NCBI GenBank assembly: GCA_965213625.1
Contig: CBDBZU010000004.1
Span: forward strand, 1,216,001-1,280,000
Origin: a bacterium
GTDB lineage: Bacteria > UBA8248
Length of the DNA: 64,000 bases
Direction: 5' to 3'
Shown here: positions 46,926 to 56,119 of the stretch, piece after piece
Layout of the letters: every line of letters starts with the position of its first letter
Numbering within the stretch: the stretch's first letter is position 1
The notes under the pieces: model-generated
The model's input: the letters and a program-made list of their open reading frames with translations, nothing else
The model's database searches: none
What the model was told of the DNA's origin: nothing
Position numbers and translations under genes: made by a program

Positions 46926-48445
46926 GGGCCTGTTGAAAAACCCCCGGTATTATGATTGGGTGTAAGGACACTATCTCGCCCGAGATGGGAGTTCCCTCGA
47001 TGATAGGCAGGAAGAGGCGCGAGCAGATGGATTTGTTCGTGGCCGGTTCGCTGGATCGGCTGATCCCCGAGGATCACGTTCTGTACCGCGTGCATGAGGT
47101 GCTGGATTTGAGTTGGCTTCGGGAGGAGGTGGCGGATTGCTATTGCGCGGACAACGGTCGTCCGGGTATCGACCCGGAGGTGGCGGTTCGCCTGATGCTG
47201 GCGGGTCTTCTGCTGGGCTACGTTCACGACCGTCGCCTGCTTCGTGAAGCGAAGGCGCATCTGGCGATCCGGTGGTTCATCGGATACGGGCTGCACGAGG
47301 AGTTGCCGGACCATTCGAGCCTGACGCGGATTCGTCAGCGTTGGGGGGAGGCTCGGTTCCGGGCGATATTCCGCCGGACGGTGCAGGCGTGCCTGGAGGC
47401 GAATGTGGCGAAGGGGGAGGTGGTTCACGTGGACGCCTCGTTGATACGCGCGGACGTGAGCTGGGATAGTCTGGCGGCGCATCATGCGGAGAAGGTGATT
47501 CGGGAGAACCCCGTGGAGGAGAAGAGCGGGAAGAAGGGCGGAGGCCGCGGCGGCGGGGGACCGGTGAGCCGGACAGACCCCGACGCGCGGCTCGCGCGCA
47601 AGAGCGCGCGGGCGAGGTTCGAGCCGAGCTACAAGCACCACGCGGCGGTGGACGATGAGCGGGGCGTGGTTCTCGACGTGACGGTGACGGAGGGGACGTT
47701 GAACGAGCGTGAGATGATGGCGTCCCATATAGAGGCGGTAAGCGAGTTGTCGGGCCGCGCGCCCTCGGTGGTGACGGCGGATTCGGGGTATGCGTACTCG
47801 AAGGTCTACGCGGCGTTGGAGCCTCTGGGCGTGGCGGGGGTGATACCGGCGAAGAAAGAACCCACGCAGAGCCGTGTTCCGTTGCGGCTGTTCCGCTACG
47901 ACGCGCGCCACGACTTGGTGAAGTGTCCGCGCGGCAAGAAGCTTCGCCCCCGGCGGAGCGAGGAGCGGGGGCGCTACTATGGTTCGAGGACGCGTGATTG
48001 CGCGGGCTGCGCGCTCCGGGCGGATTGTCTGCCGCAGGCGCGGTCGAGCAAGGAGGTTTTGATTCCCAACGCGTATCTGGCGCTGTTGCGCGCGCGCCGG
48101 CGGCATGCGCGTTGGGGGGAGGAGGAGCGCCGGCTGTGGCGCCGGCACATGGGGCGCTCGGAGGGTTATCACGGGGAAGCGAAGAGTTGGCACGGACTGG
48201 GGCGGGCGGTGCGTCGGGGCCTTGCGAACATGAAGATTCAGTCCTACCTGACGGCGACTGCGGTGAACCTCAAGCGGCTGGCCGCCGCTTTTGCGGCGCG
48301 TATATTCGCCCTCTGGAGGGCCTACGCCGCCCGGAGACGCCGTCTGCGCGTTCATCGCGCCCTCGCGCGCTGATTGGGATCCCTCCCCGCCGCCGCGTGA
48401 ACCGCCAGAACACCCGCTTCAAAAAAGGGGTTTTTCAACAGACCC
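46926..48445 (+). mobile_element. IS1182-family insertion sequence, copy 1
   Basis: TIRs GGGCCTGTTGAAAAACCCC / GGGGTTTTTCAACAGACCC; TTGAG duplicated at 46921-46925 and 48446-48450. Confidence 0.92.
47000..48373 (+). CDS. IS1182-family DDE transposase
   Basis: LIPEDH, GRPGIDPEV, PDHSSLTRIR, VDASLI, SRTDPDAR, TADSGY, C-terminal Cys cluster, AVNLKRL. Confidence 0.93.
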   Translation: MIGRKRREQMDLFVAGSLDRLIPEDHVLYRVHEVLDLSWLREEVADCYCADNGRPGIDPEVAVRLMLAGLLLGYVHDRRLLREAKAHLAIRWFIGYGLHEELPDHSSLTRIRQRWGEARFRAIFRRTVQACLEANVAKGEVVHVDASLIRADVSWDSLAAHHAEKVIRENPVEEKSGKKGGGRGGGGPVSRTDPDARLARKSARARFEPSYKHHAAVDDERGVVLDVTVTEGTLNEREMMASHIEAVSELSGRAPSVVTADSGYAYSKVYAALEPLGVAGVIPAKKEPTQSRVPLRLFRYDARHDLVKCPRGKKLRPRRSEERGRYYGSRTRDCAGCALRADCLPQARSSKEVLIPNAYLALLRARRRHARWGEEERRLWRRHMGRSEGYHGEAKSWHGLGRAVRRGLANMKIQSYLTATAVNLKRLAAAFAARIFALWRAYAARRRRLRVHRALAR

Positions 48446-48718
48446 TTGAGGGGGAGTCAGTGAACTGAGGGCGCAAGCCCGAAAGTGAACAGGTGGGGGG
48501 TATAATTCGGAATGGCAATAAAACGCATTTTACCCCCCACCGAATCGGCCTTCGCACAAACCGCTCGGCCTCTTCGACTCCCCCTCAAGGGGGGAGTGAA
48601 TTGCTCTCTCGTTAGTTGGAAAAACCTGCAAACGCTCGCTCCTCACTCGCGGTTGACCCTCAAGAGGGGAGTGAAATTCAGCGCTCCTTCTGTAGGCTAT
48701 TTCAGCAACCCTGCAACC

Positions 48719-49270
48719 CTACAACCAGCGGCGCACGCTCTGGCAGTATTCGCCGTAATCCTCGCCGAATTTTTCCGTGAGGTAATCCTCCTCGCGCGTG
48801 ATAATCACGGCCTGGATCGTGGCGAGGAGCGGCGCGCCCAGAACGAATATCCACAAGTTGTTGAGGAAAACTCCGAGTCCGAGATACAGGCACATGTAGC
48901 CGAGATAGATAGGATTCCGCGAGAAGCGGTAGGGGCCCTCCGTGATGAGGACGTGCGCGGGCTTGTTCGTCTCATGGTTCGTGCGGGCGTTCCTGTAGCA
49001 GACGAGGGAGGTCGAATTCAGGACGGCGCCGATGAACACCATCCCCGCCCCGAGCGTGAAGCGGACGCCTTCGGGGAAGACGTTCGTGGGGAACAGGGTG
49101 TCGAAGCCCACGCCCATGATGAAGTACATCGCGAAATACCAGCCCGGCTTGATGGGGATTTCGGGGCGGTCCTCAGGCTCCTCCCCCTGGGGTTCGGGGC
49201 TCTTGTCCTTCCAGGGCATGAGCTTGTTCGGGTCGTCGAAATCCGTGAATCGCTTGAACCAGTCTTTCAT
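48719..49270 (-). CDS. isoprenylcysteine carboxylmethyltransferase (ICMT/PEMT) family membrane protein
   Basis: LITEGPYRFSRNPIYLG, REEDYL..KFGEDY..Y..VRRWL. Confidence 0.9.
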   Translation of the reverse strand: MKDWFKRFTDFDDPNKLMPWKDKSPEPQGEEPEDRPEIPIKPGWYFAMYFIMGVGFDTLFPTNVFPEGVRFTLGAGMVFIGAVLNSTSLVCYRNARTNHETNKPAHVLITEGPYRFSRNPIYLGYMCLYLGLGVFLNNLWIFVLGAPLLATIQAVIITREEDYLTEKFGEDYGEYCQSVRRWL

Positions 49271-49281
49271 GCGCTAAGTCT

Positions 49282-49554
49282 CTAGGAGTCGCTCTTGTTG
49301 CGGGAAGCCTTGTAGCGCTGGTTCATGCTCTGGGCGACTCCCGCCATGACGGCGGCGGTCAGGTCGAATGCGGCATCGAGCGTCTCTTCGGTGAGGCCCG
49401 CTTTCCCGGCGTCCGCCAGGCGGCGGTCCACTCACGGCTGGCAGTTGCGCACGATGGCGATGGCCAGACCCATCAGGATTTTCTCGCGGTCGGTGAGCAG
49501 GTCCACTTTATGGGCGTCGCGGTAGAACTGGCGAAAATCGGCGCGCTCCGTCAT
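49282..49554 (-). CDS. AhpD/carboxymuconolactone decarboxylase-like protein, probable selenoprotein (CxxU)
   Basis: Manual translation: MTERADFRQFYRDAHKVDLLTDREKILMGLAIAIVRNCQP-UGA(49432-49434)-VDRRLADAGKAGLTEETLDAAFDLTAAVMAG..; GAGGAG RBS; absent from ORF track. Confidence 0.82.
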
Positions 49555-49665
49555 TTTTTCTCCTCTCGGGTGGCGAACGGTGGAATCGGTGGATTATAAG
49601 GGGGCGTATGCGCATTCTCAATCATTCGCGGGCTTCTGGCGCCTTTCATAATAAAGGATGAACAA

Positions 49666-50451
49666 ATGGATTTGGGACTTCACGGAAAAGCCGCCATCGT
49701 AACCGGCGGAAACTCTGGCCTCGGTCTCGCGGTCGCCAGGGAACTCGCGGGGGAAGGCTGCGACGTGTGCATCTGTGCGCGGAATGAGGAGCGTCTGGCG
49801 GCGGCCAAGCAGGAGATCCAGTCGGTCTCGGAAGGTGTGGTGAGCGCGGTGCGCTGCGACGTGAGCAAGGCGGAAGAAATCGCCGCCGTGGTGGAGGAGA
49901 CGGTCGCCCTTTTCGGCACCGTGCACATTCTCGTGAGCAACGCGGGCGTGAGCACCACCAAGGATTTCCTGGACGTGGAGCGCGCGGACTGGGATTACTC
50001 CATGAGCAGCATTCTCTTCGCGGCTTCGGAGTTCAGCCGCCTGGTGATCCCCTACATGCAGAAGCAGGAGTGGGGCCGCATCATCATGACGGGCTCCACG
50101 AGCAGCCGCCAGCCCCGGCCCCGCCGCGTGGTCTCGAACGCCTCCAAGGCGGCGCTCTTGAACTTCACGAAATCACTCGCGGGCGAATTTGTGCGCGACG
50201 GCATACTGGTGAACATCGTGAACCCGGGGCGCTTCAACACCCACTGGCCCGAGCGCGTCGCGAAGATGGCGGCGGAGAGCGGACGGACCGAAGAGGAAGT
50301 CTACGCCGAGATAACGAAGGACATCGCCATCGGCCGCCTGGGCGAGGCGGAGGAGTTCGCGGCGGCGGTGGCCTTCCTCGCCAGCGAGCGGGCGAGCTAC
50401 ATCACGGGTGCCGCGCTCCAGGTCGACGGGGGCGAGATGTTTTCGATCTGA
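49666..50451 (+). CDS. SDR family oxidoreductase
   Basis: MDLGLHGK, TGGNSGLG, SNAG, SNASK, ASYITGAALQVDGG. Confidence 0.92.
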   Translation: MDLGLHGKAAIVTGGNSGLGLAVARELAGEGCDVCICARNEERLAAAKQEIQSVSEGVVSAVRCDVSKAEEIAAVVEETVALFGTVHILVSNAGVSTTKDFLDVERADWDYSMSSILFAASEFSRLVIPYMQKQEWGRIIMTGSTSSRQPRPRRVVSNASKAALLNFTKSLAGEFVRDGILVNIVNPGRFNTHWPERVAKMAAESGRTEEEVYAEITKDIAIGRLGEAEEFAAAVAFLASERASYITGAALQVDGGEMFSI

Positions 50452-50514
50452 TGGCTCGTGGATAAGATGTGGACAAGGTGTGAATTGATGACTCCCTCCA
50501 GGAAAAGCCAATCC

Positions 50515-50879
50515 ACTCCCCCCTTGAGAGTTCTTGCTGTCCGACGAGAGAGCAATTCACTCCCCCCTTGAGGGGGAGTCGAAGAGATAAGGGCGCAAGC
50601 CCGCAAGCGAGTCGGTGGGGGGAGTGAACTTCAAAGGCGTTCGCGCAATGCAAATTCGCTTGCCGGAGGTTTTTCAACAACCCTGACAAGGAGGGGGTAG
50701 GGGGGTGCTTTCAAAAGGCTAGGGCGAAACCCGCCGCCGCCCTCATTCCGAGCAAGCATCTCGAATCCTCATCCTGAGTAGGCGCGCAAGCGCCGTATCG
50801 AAGGATGGGGGCACATCTCTCCGGCGCGGCAGTAAACTTCGCCCTTCGATACGCGGCTTCGCCGCTACTCAGGGTGAGG
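50515..50879. repeat. truncated MITE copy (minus orientation) plus REP cluster
   Basis: CACTCCCCCCTTGAGGGGGAGTC; IS-like end TTTTTCAACAACCC followed by TGACAAGG..; CCTCATCCTGAGTAG..CTACTCAGGGTGAGG doublet 50767-50879. Confidence 0.75.
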
Positions 50880-50940
50880 CGGAGTGGCGGTCTACCCGAC
50901 CAAAAGATGAGGAGACCTCGCCGGGGAAGTTTGAGATTCG

Positions 50941-51315
50941 TTACGTCAACGCCGCGGCGAACTGAAACCCCGCCCAGACGGCGAGTAGACACCCTATAAC
51001 CGAGAGCGCCACGTAGAGTCCCGCCAGGAGCCAGTCGCCCTCCTGGAACATGAGGAGGGTTTCGAGGCTGAAGGCGGAGAACGTGGTGAACCCGCCCAGC
51101 AGTCCGATCATCGTGAACAGGCGGACTTCTTCGCTGAACAATTCCTTGGCGACGAGCAACTCGTAGGTGCACCCGATGACGAACGAGCCGAAAATGTTGG
51201 CCGCCAGGGTGCCGAAGGGCCAGCCTGCGCCCAGCGATCGTTGCACGAAGAGCGCCAGTCCGTAGCGCAGCGCGCTGCCGATTGCGCCGCCTCCCGCCAC
51301 CAAAAGCCAGTTCAA
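50941..51315 (-). CDS. crcB: fluoride efflux channel CrcB/Fluc
   Basis: GGAIGSALRY, PFGTLAANIFGSF, GLLGGFTTFSAFSLE; TTG start after AAAGGAG. Confidence 0.93.
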   Translation of the reverse strand: MNWLLVAGGGAIGSALRYGLALFVQRSLGAGWPFGTLAANIFGSFVIGCTYELLVAKELFSEEVRLFTMIGLLGGFTTFSAFSLETLLMFQEGDWLLAGLYVALSVIGCLLAVWAGFQFAAALT

Positions 51316-51446
51316 CAGAAGCTCCTTTCCGCCGGGTTGAATCTGCACCACCAAAGTCTCCCGAAAAATGACACCATTGCGCATACGGCGCAAGAGTTTC
51401 TCCGTCCCCGCTTTTCGGGTGCGCGCTCGTTCTCTAAAATGAACGT

Positions 51447-52682
51447 ATGGATGAGACGAGCGAAAAACCCAAGCCGAACGACTGGAAAGCGCAAATCGAG
51501 CAAGAGTTGCGCGAACTCACGGAAGCCAACCTGCGCCGGGGTCTTCGCACCGTCGAGGGGATGCAGGGCCCCACAATGCGCCACGGGGGCAGGACCCTCA
51601 TCAACCTCTCGAGCAACAACTATCTGGGCCTCGCCAATTATTCCGCCATCATCGAGGCGTCCGTGGAGGCGGCAAGGGCCGCAGGCGCGAGCGGGGCCGC
51701 CTCCCCGCTCATCTCGGGCCACATGGCCGCCCACGAGGAGTTGGCGCGCGCATTGGCCGCCTTCAAGCGAAAGGACGCCGCGCTCGTTTTCGGTTCGGGG
51801 TTTCTGGCGAACGTGGGATTGATCACCGCCCTGGCCGGTGAGGGAGACGCCGTTTTCAGCGACGCGCTCAACCACGCAAGCATCGTGGACGGCTGCCGGC
51901 TGTCGAGGGCGCGTGTCCACGTTTACCCCCACGCGAATCTCAACCGCCTGGAAGACGCCTTGAGAAATGATTCCCGGGCGCGCCGCAAGCTCATCGTGAC
52001 GGACGGCGTCTTCAGCATGGACGGCGATCTGGCGCCGCTGTCCGGAATCTGCGACCTCGCGGATAAATATGGCGCGATTCTCGTGGTGGACGACGCGCAC
52101 GGCACGGGCGTCATCGGGGAGGGCGGCAGGGGGAGCGGCGCTTATTTCGGTGTGGAGGAGTGCGTTTCGGTCTCCATGGGCACGCTGGGCAAGGCACTGG
52201 CCTCTTACGGCGCGTTCGCGTGTGCGGATACCGAAGTAATCGATTACCTCGTCAACAAGGCGCGGCCCTATATCTACTCGACGAGTTTGCCGCCCGCCGT
52301 GGCCGCCGCCTCCCGCGCCGCCGTCCGGGTCGTGGAAAGCGACGAGGGTGAGCGCCGCCGGGAGAATCTGGCGAACCTGTGCGCGCGCTTTCGCGCCGGG
52401 CTTCGCTACATTGGGGTGCGCGTGAGTGAGCCACCGCCGGGGGCAGAGATTCCGATTTTCCCCATCATCATCAAGGATACGGAAAAAACGCTCGCGCTCG
52501 CGGAGTATCTGATGGAGGCGGGCGTCTACCTGCTCGCCATCCGCCCGCCCACGGTGCCCGAGGGCACCAGCAGGCTCAGGGCCACCCTCATGGCGACGCA
52601 CACCGAAGCGCAGATCGACCGGACGCTCGACGCCCTGGTATCGGGACTCAAGAAGCTCGCTATCCTCCCCGGCCCCGACTGA
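51447..52682 (+). CDS. bioF: 8-amino-7-oxononanoate synthase
   Basis: SSNNYLGLA, SDALNHASIVDGCRLS, TDGVFSMDGD, DDAHG, GTLGKA, AIRPPTVPEG. Confidence 0.9.
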   Translation: MDETSEKPKPNDWKAQIEQELRELTEANLRRGLRTVEGMQGPTMRHGGRTLINLSSNNYLGLANYSAIIEASVEAARAAGASGAASPLISGHMAAHEELARALAAFKRKDAALVFGSGFLANVGLITALAGEGDAVFSDALNHASIVDGCRLSRARVHVYPHANLNRLEDALRNDSRARRKLIVTDGVFSMDGDLAPLSGICDLADKYGAILVVDDAHGTGVIGEGGRGSGAYFGVEECVSVSMGTLGKALASYGAFACADTEVIDYLVNKARPYIYSTSLPPAVAAASRAAVRVVESDEGERRRENLANLCARFRAGLRYIGVRVSEPPPGAEIPIFPIIIKDTEKTLALAEYLMEAGVYLLAIRPPTVPEGTSRLRATLMATHTEAQIDRTLDALVSGLKKLAILPGPD

Positions 52683-52923
52683 CGGAGCCGTTGAAAAATC
52701 CGGTTTCGGGAATAGGCGCCTTTGAGGCAATTCCTCCATTCTTAGTCGGAACTAACCTCATCGGTCGCGTCAAACCCTCGTCCCGTCTGGCGGCGGATTT
52801 CCCCCAACACCCCTCCTCGACTGGAAAAGCAACCCCCCCTACCCCCCCTTGTCAGGGGGGCAAGAAAAAGCAAAGCTCCCTCTGCCCGGCGGGGGCGCAT
52901 CGCCTTTTTTACCCCCCTGACAA

Positions 52924-54443
52924 GGGTCTGTTGAAAAACCCGGTGTTGGAAGCGGGCGTTTTGGCGGCTCACGCGGCGGCGGAGAGGCAGCCCAATCGGC
53001 GCGTGAGGGCGCCATGTGTGCGCAGACGGCGTCTCCAGGCGGCACAGACCCTCCAGAGGGCGAATAAACGCGCCGCAAAAGCGGCGGCCAGCCGCTTGAG
53101 GTTCACCGCTATCGCCGTCAGGTAGGACTGGATCCTCATGTTCGCAAGGCCCCGGCGCACCGCCCGCCCCAGTCCGTGCCAACTCTTCGCTTCGCCGTGG
53201 TAGCCCTCCGAGCGCCAACGGTGGCGGTCGTAGAGCCGCTTCTCCTCCTCCCCCCATCGCAAATGGCGACGACGCGCGCGCAACAGCGCCGGATACGCGT
53301 TGGGAATCAACACCGCCTTGCTCGTTTGCGACTTCGACAGACAATCGGACCTGAGCGCGCAGCCCGCGCAATCCCGCGTCTTCGATACATAGGAGCGCCC
53401 CCGCTCCGTCGCCTGCCGGGGACGCAGCGTCTTGCCTCCCGGACACTTCACCACCTCGTTGCGCGCATCGTAGTGGAACAACTGCAGCGGAACACGGCTC
53501 TGGCTGGGTTCCTTCTTCGCTGGTATCAGCGCTTCCACGCCCCGCCGCTCCAATTCGCCATAAACCTTCGAGTACGCGTAGCCCGAATCCGCCGTCACCA
53601 TCTCCGGCGCGCGGCCCGACAACTCGCTTACCGCCTCTATATGGGACGCCATCATCTCACGCTCGTTCCGCGTCCCCTCCGTCACCGACACGTCGAGAAC
53701 AACACCCCGCTCATCGTCCACCGCCGCGTGCTGCTTGTAGCTCGGCTCGAACCCCGCCCGCGCGCTCTTGCGCGCAAGCCGCGCGTCCGGGTCCGTCCGG
53801 CTCACCCGACCCCCGCCACCGCGGCCTCCTCCCTTCTTCTCCCCCTCATCATCGACGGGATTCTCCCGAATCACCTTCTCCGCGTGGTGCGCCGCCAGAC
53901 TCTCCCAGCTCACGTCCGCGCGTATCAACGAGGCGTCCACGTGTACCACTTCCCCCTTCGCCACATTCGCCTCCAGGCAAGCCTGCACCGTGCGACGGAA
54001 TATCTCCTTGAACCGAGCCTCCCCCCACCGCTGACGAATCCGCGTCAGGCTCGAATGATGCGGCAAATCCTCGTGCAGCCCGTACCCGATGAACCACCGG
54101 ATCGCCAGGTGCGCACGCGCCTCGCGAAGCAGACGCCGGTCGTGTACGTAGCCCAGCAACATACCCGCCAGCATCAGGCGCAACGCCACCTCCGGGTCGA
54201 TCCCCGGTCGACCGTTATCCGCGCAATAGCAATCCGCCACCTCCGCGCGAAGCCAACTCAAATCCAGTACGCGGTCCACGCGCATCAGGACGTGATCCTC
54301 GGGGATCAACCGTTCCAGCGAACCGGCCACGAACAAATCCATCTGCTCGCGCCCCTTGCTGCCTATCATCTCGGGAACTCCCATCTCGGGCGAGATAGTG
54401 TCATTACACCCAATCACAATGCCGGGGGTTTTTCAACAGCCCC
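52924..54443 (-). mobile_element. IS1182-family insertion sequence, copy 2
   Basis: TIRs GGGTCTGTTGAAAAACCC / GGGTTTTTCAACAGCCCC; GACAA duplicated at 52919-52923 and 54444-54448. Confidence 0.92.
52969..54369 (-). CDS. IS1182-family DDE transposase (diverged isoform of copy 1)
   Basis: Colinear with 47000-48373 with many substitutions; intact ORF. Confidence 0.93.
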   Translation of the reverse strand: MIGSKGREQMDLFVAGSLERLIPEDHVLMRVDRVLDLSWLRAEVADCYCADNGRPGIDPEVALRLMLAGMLLGYVHDRRLLREARAHLAIRWFIGYGLHEDLPHHSSLTRIRQRWGEARFKEIFRRTVQACLEANVAKGEVVHVDASLIRADVSWESLAAHHAEKVIRENPVDDEGEKKGGGRGGGGRVSRTDPDARLARKSARAGFEPSYKQHAAVDDERGVVLDVSVTEGTRNEREMMASHIEAVSELSGRAPEMVTADSGYAYSKVYGELERRGVEALIPAKKEPSQSRVPLQLFHYDARNEVVKCPGGKTLRPRQATERGRSYVSKTRDCAGCALRSDCLSKSQTSKAVLIPNAYPALLRARRRHLRWGEEEKRLYDRHRWRSEGYHGEAKSWHGLGRAVRRGLANMRIQSYLTAIAVNLKRLAAAFAARLFALWRVCAAWRRRLRTHGALTRRLGCLSAAA

Positions 54444-54628
54444 GACAAGGGGGGGTAGGGGGGGTTGACTTCATGGGGTTTTCTTTCAAAGGGGGTTGCC
54501 TTTACCCTCTCAGGGGTTTTTTTAACAAGCCCGCATTGGTCGCGATTGACACTCGATACGGCGCGCAAGCACGCCTACTCGGGATGAGGGAGGGGCGGGG
54601 GTTTTTCAACAACCCCCTGACTCCCGGC

Positions 54629-55630
54629 CTAGTCGATTTCCACGATCACGTTGCCCACCGCCTCACCCGCTTCCACGGCTTCGTGTGCGTTTGCGAGTTC
54701 ATCGAGCGGGAAACGCTCCGCGATATGGTGTGTAAGCGCGCCGTCATCAAGAGCGCGGGTGATGTCCCCCGCCGCGTGGAGCAAAGCCTCCGGCGGGCAG
54801 CAGTGGACCATAACGAGTCTGACGGTGATGTTGTTCAGCATGAGTTCGTAGTGGGGAAAGGGAGGGGTGCGGTCCCCCATCGAGGAATAAGAGGCGATGA
54901 CGCCGCCGACCTTCAGGATTTTGTAGTTCGTCTCCCAGTTCACCCCTAAATTCACGTCCACCACGCGGTCCACGCCCGCGCCGTCCGTGATCGCAAGTAC
55001 CCTTTCGGCAACGTCTTCTTCGAGGTAGTTGATGATGTGCTCAGCGGAAGACGCACGCTCCGCCTTGGCGTCCGAGCTCACCGTGGCGATCACGCGCGCT
55101 CCCGCCCACCTGGCCAGTTGCACGGCGTAGACGCCCACGCGGCCCGCGCCGCCCGTCACCAGCACCGCCTTGCCCGCAATGGGGCCGTCCGCGTACAGGC
55201 ATCGATGCGCCGTCATGGCGGGAATGCCGAGGCACGCCCCTTCTGCGAAGGTGGTTCCCTCCGGCAGGCGGACGAGAAACTTCTCGGGCAGGCAGACGTA
55301 TTGCGCCGAGGTGCCGAACGCGCGTTTGTAGCGCGCGTTGTAGACCCATACGCGGTCGCCGATTTCATGCCCGCTCGCGCCAGGGCCGAGTTTGTCCACG
55401 ACGCCCGCACCGTCGTTGTGGGGGATTGTCCTCGGGAAATCGGGAAAGTGCTCGAAATAGCCCCAGTCCTCGGACCCATGGCCGCCGCGGCGCTTGCAGT
55501 CCGTGGGATTCACGCCCGACGCGTGGAGCCGCACCCTGATTTCGCCTGCGCCGGGTTCGGGCGTCGCCATCTCGCCGGTTTCGATGACCTCGCGCGCCCC
55601 GCCCTTGCGCTCGTACCAGCCTGCCCGCAT
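54629..55630 (-). CDS. NADPH:quinone reductase (zeta-crystallin-like)
   Basis: ASGVNPTD, IPHNDGAGV, GACLGIPAMTAH, TGGAGRVG. Confidence 0.9.
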   Translation of the reverse strand: MRAGWYERKGGAREVIETGEMATPEPGAGEIRVRLHASGVNPTDCKRRGGHGSEDWGYFEHFPDFPRTIPHNDGAGVVDKLGPGASGHEIGDRVWVYNARYKRAFGTSAQYVCLPEKFLVRLPEGTTFAEGACLGIPAMTAHRCLYADGPIAGKAVLVTGGAGRVGVYAVQLARWAGARVIATVSSDAKAERASSAEHIINYLEEDVAERVLAITDGAGVDRVVDVNLGVNWETNYKILKVGGVIASYSSMGDRTPPFPHYELMLNNITVRLVMVHCCPPEALLHAAGDITRALDDGALTHHIAERFPLDELANAHEAVEAGEAVGNVIVEID

Positions 55631-55654
55631 CACTTGCGCTCTCCTTTGCCCGCC

Positions 55655-56083
55655 TTACCCGTGGGTGACCGAAACGCCCAGGTAGACGACGATGAGGGCG
55701 AGGATGAGGTTAATGAGGAGCCAGGTCTTGCGCTGCGCCTTCATGCCCCCGAAGCCCTTCGGGATGGTGAGCGCGACGCCTATGAAGATGATGACGAGCG
55801 CCAGGACGATCTTTACGATCAGCGACCCCGGAATGGCGAGGCCGCTCCGCACGAGGCGGGTGAGGTGGTGAAACCCCGTCAGTATCAGGATCAGGAACGA
55901 ACCGTGGAGAATCGGGATGAACCGTTTCTGGATTTTCGCCATGAACGGCCCCCGCTCCGCTTCGGGCAGGTCCGCCGCCGTGGGTATGACCACGAAACGG
56001 AGAAAGGCCACGCCGCCGACCGCCAGAATCGCGCTCAGCACATGAAGGGTCGTGATGATGATGTTTCCCGTGCTGTATCCCAT
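55655..56083 (-). CDS. 4-TM membrane protein (CopD-like)
   Basis: LHVLSAILAVGG..LILTG..VKIVLA pattern. Confidence 0.6.
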   Translation of the reverse strand: MGYSTGNIIITTLHVLSAILAVGGVAFLRFVVIPTAADLPEAERGPFMAKIQKRFIPILHGSFLILILTGFHHLTRLVRSGLAIPGSLIVKIVLALVIIFIGVALTIPKGFGGMKAQRKTWLLINLILALIVVYLGVSVTHG

Positions 56084-56119
56084 AAGACGCACTCCCGTGG
56101 ATGATGAGTAAATATTTGC

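Larger units (their letters stand above)
46647..48712. mobile_element. nested MITE/REP complex hosting IS copy 1
   Basis: IS-like left ends at 46647 and 46853, degenerate right end ~48695-48712; REP-A doublet ~46739-46856; REP-B doublet 46911..48598 interrupted by the IS. Confidence 0.65.
52684..54616. mobile_element. MITE with IS1182-like ends, hosting IS copy 2
   Basis: Ends GGAGCCGTTGAAAAATCC / GGTTTTTCAACAACCCC; CTGAC duplicated at 52679-52683 and 54617-54621. Confidence 0.75.

Noticed and set aside
51330-51395. Fluoride riboswitch upstream of crcB
   Set aside because: Only a GCAATGGTGTC-like 5' part is present; the 3' CTGATGAC.CCTAC-type element is not visible. An Rfam scan would settle it
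46926-54443. Composite transposon formed by the two inverted IS1182 copies around ICMT-ahpD-SDR-crcB-bioF
   Set aside because: Each IS has its own matching target duplication (TTGAG; GACAA) and the copies are diverged, so they are independent insertions
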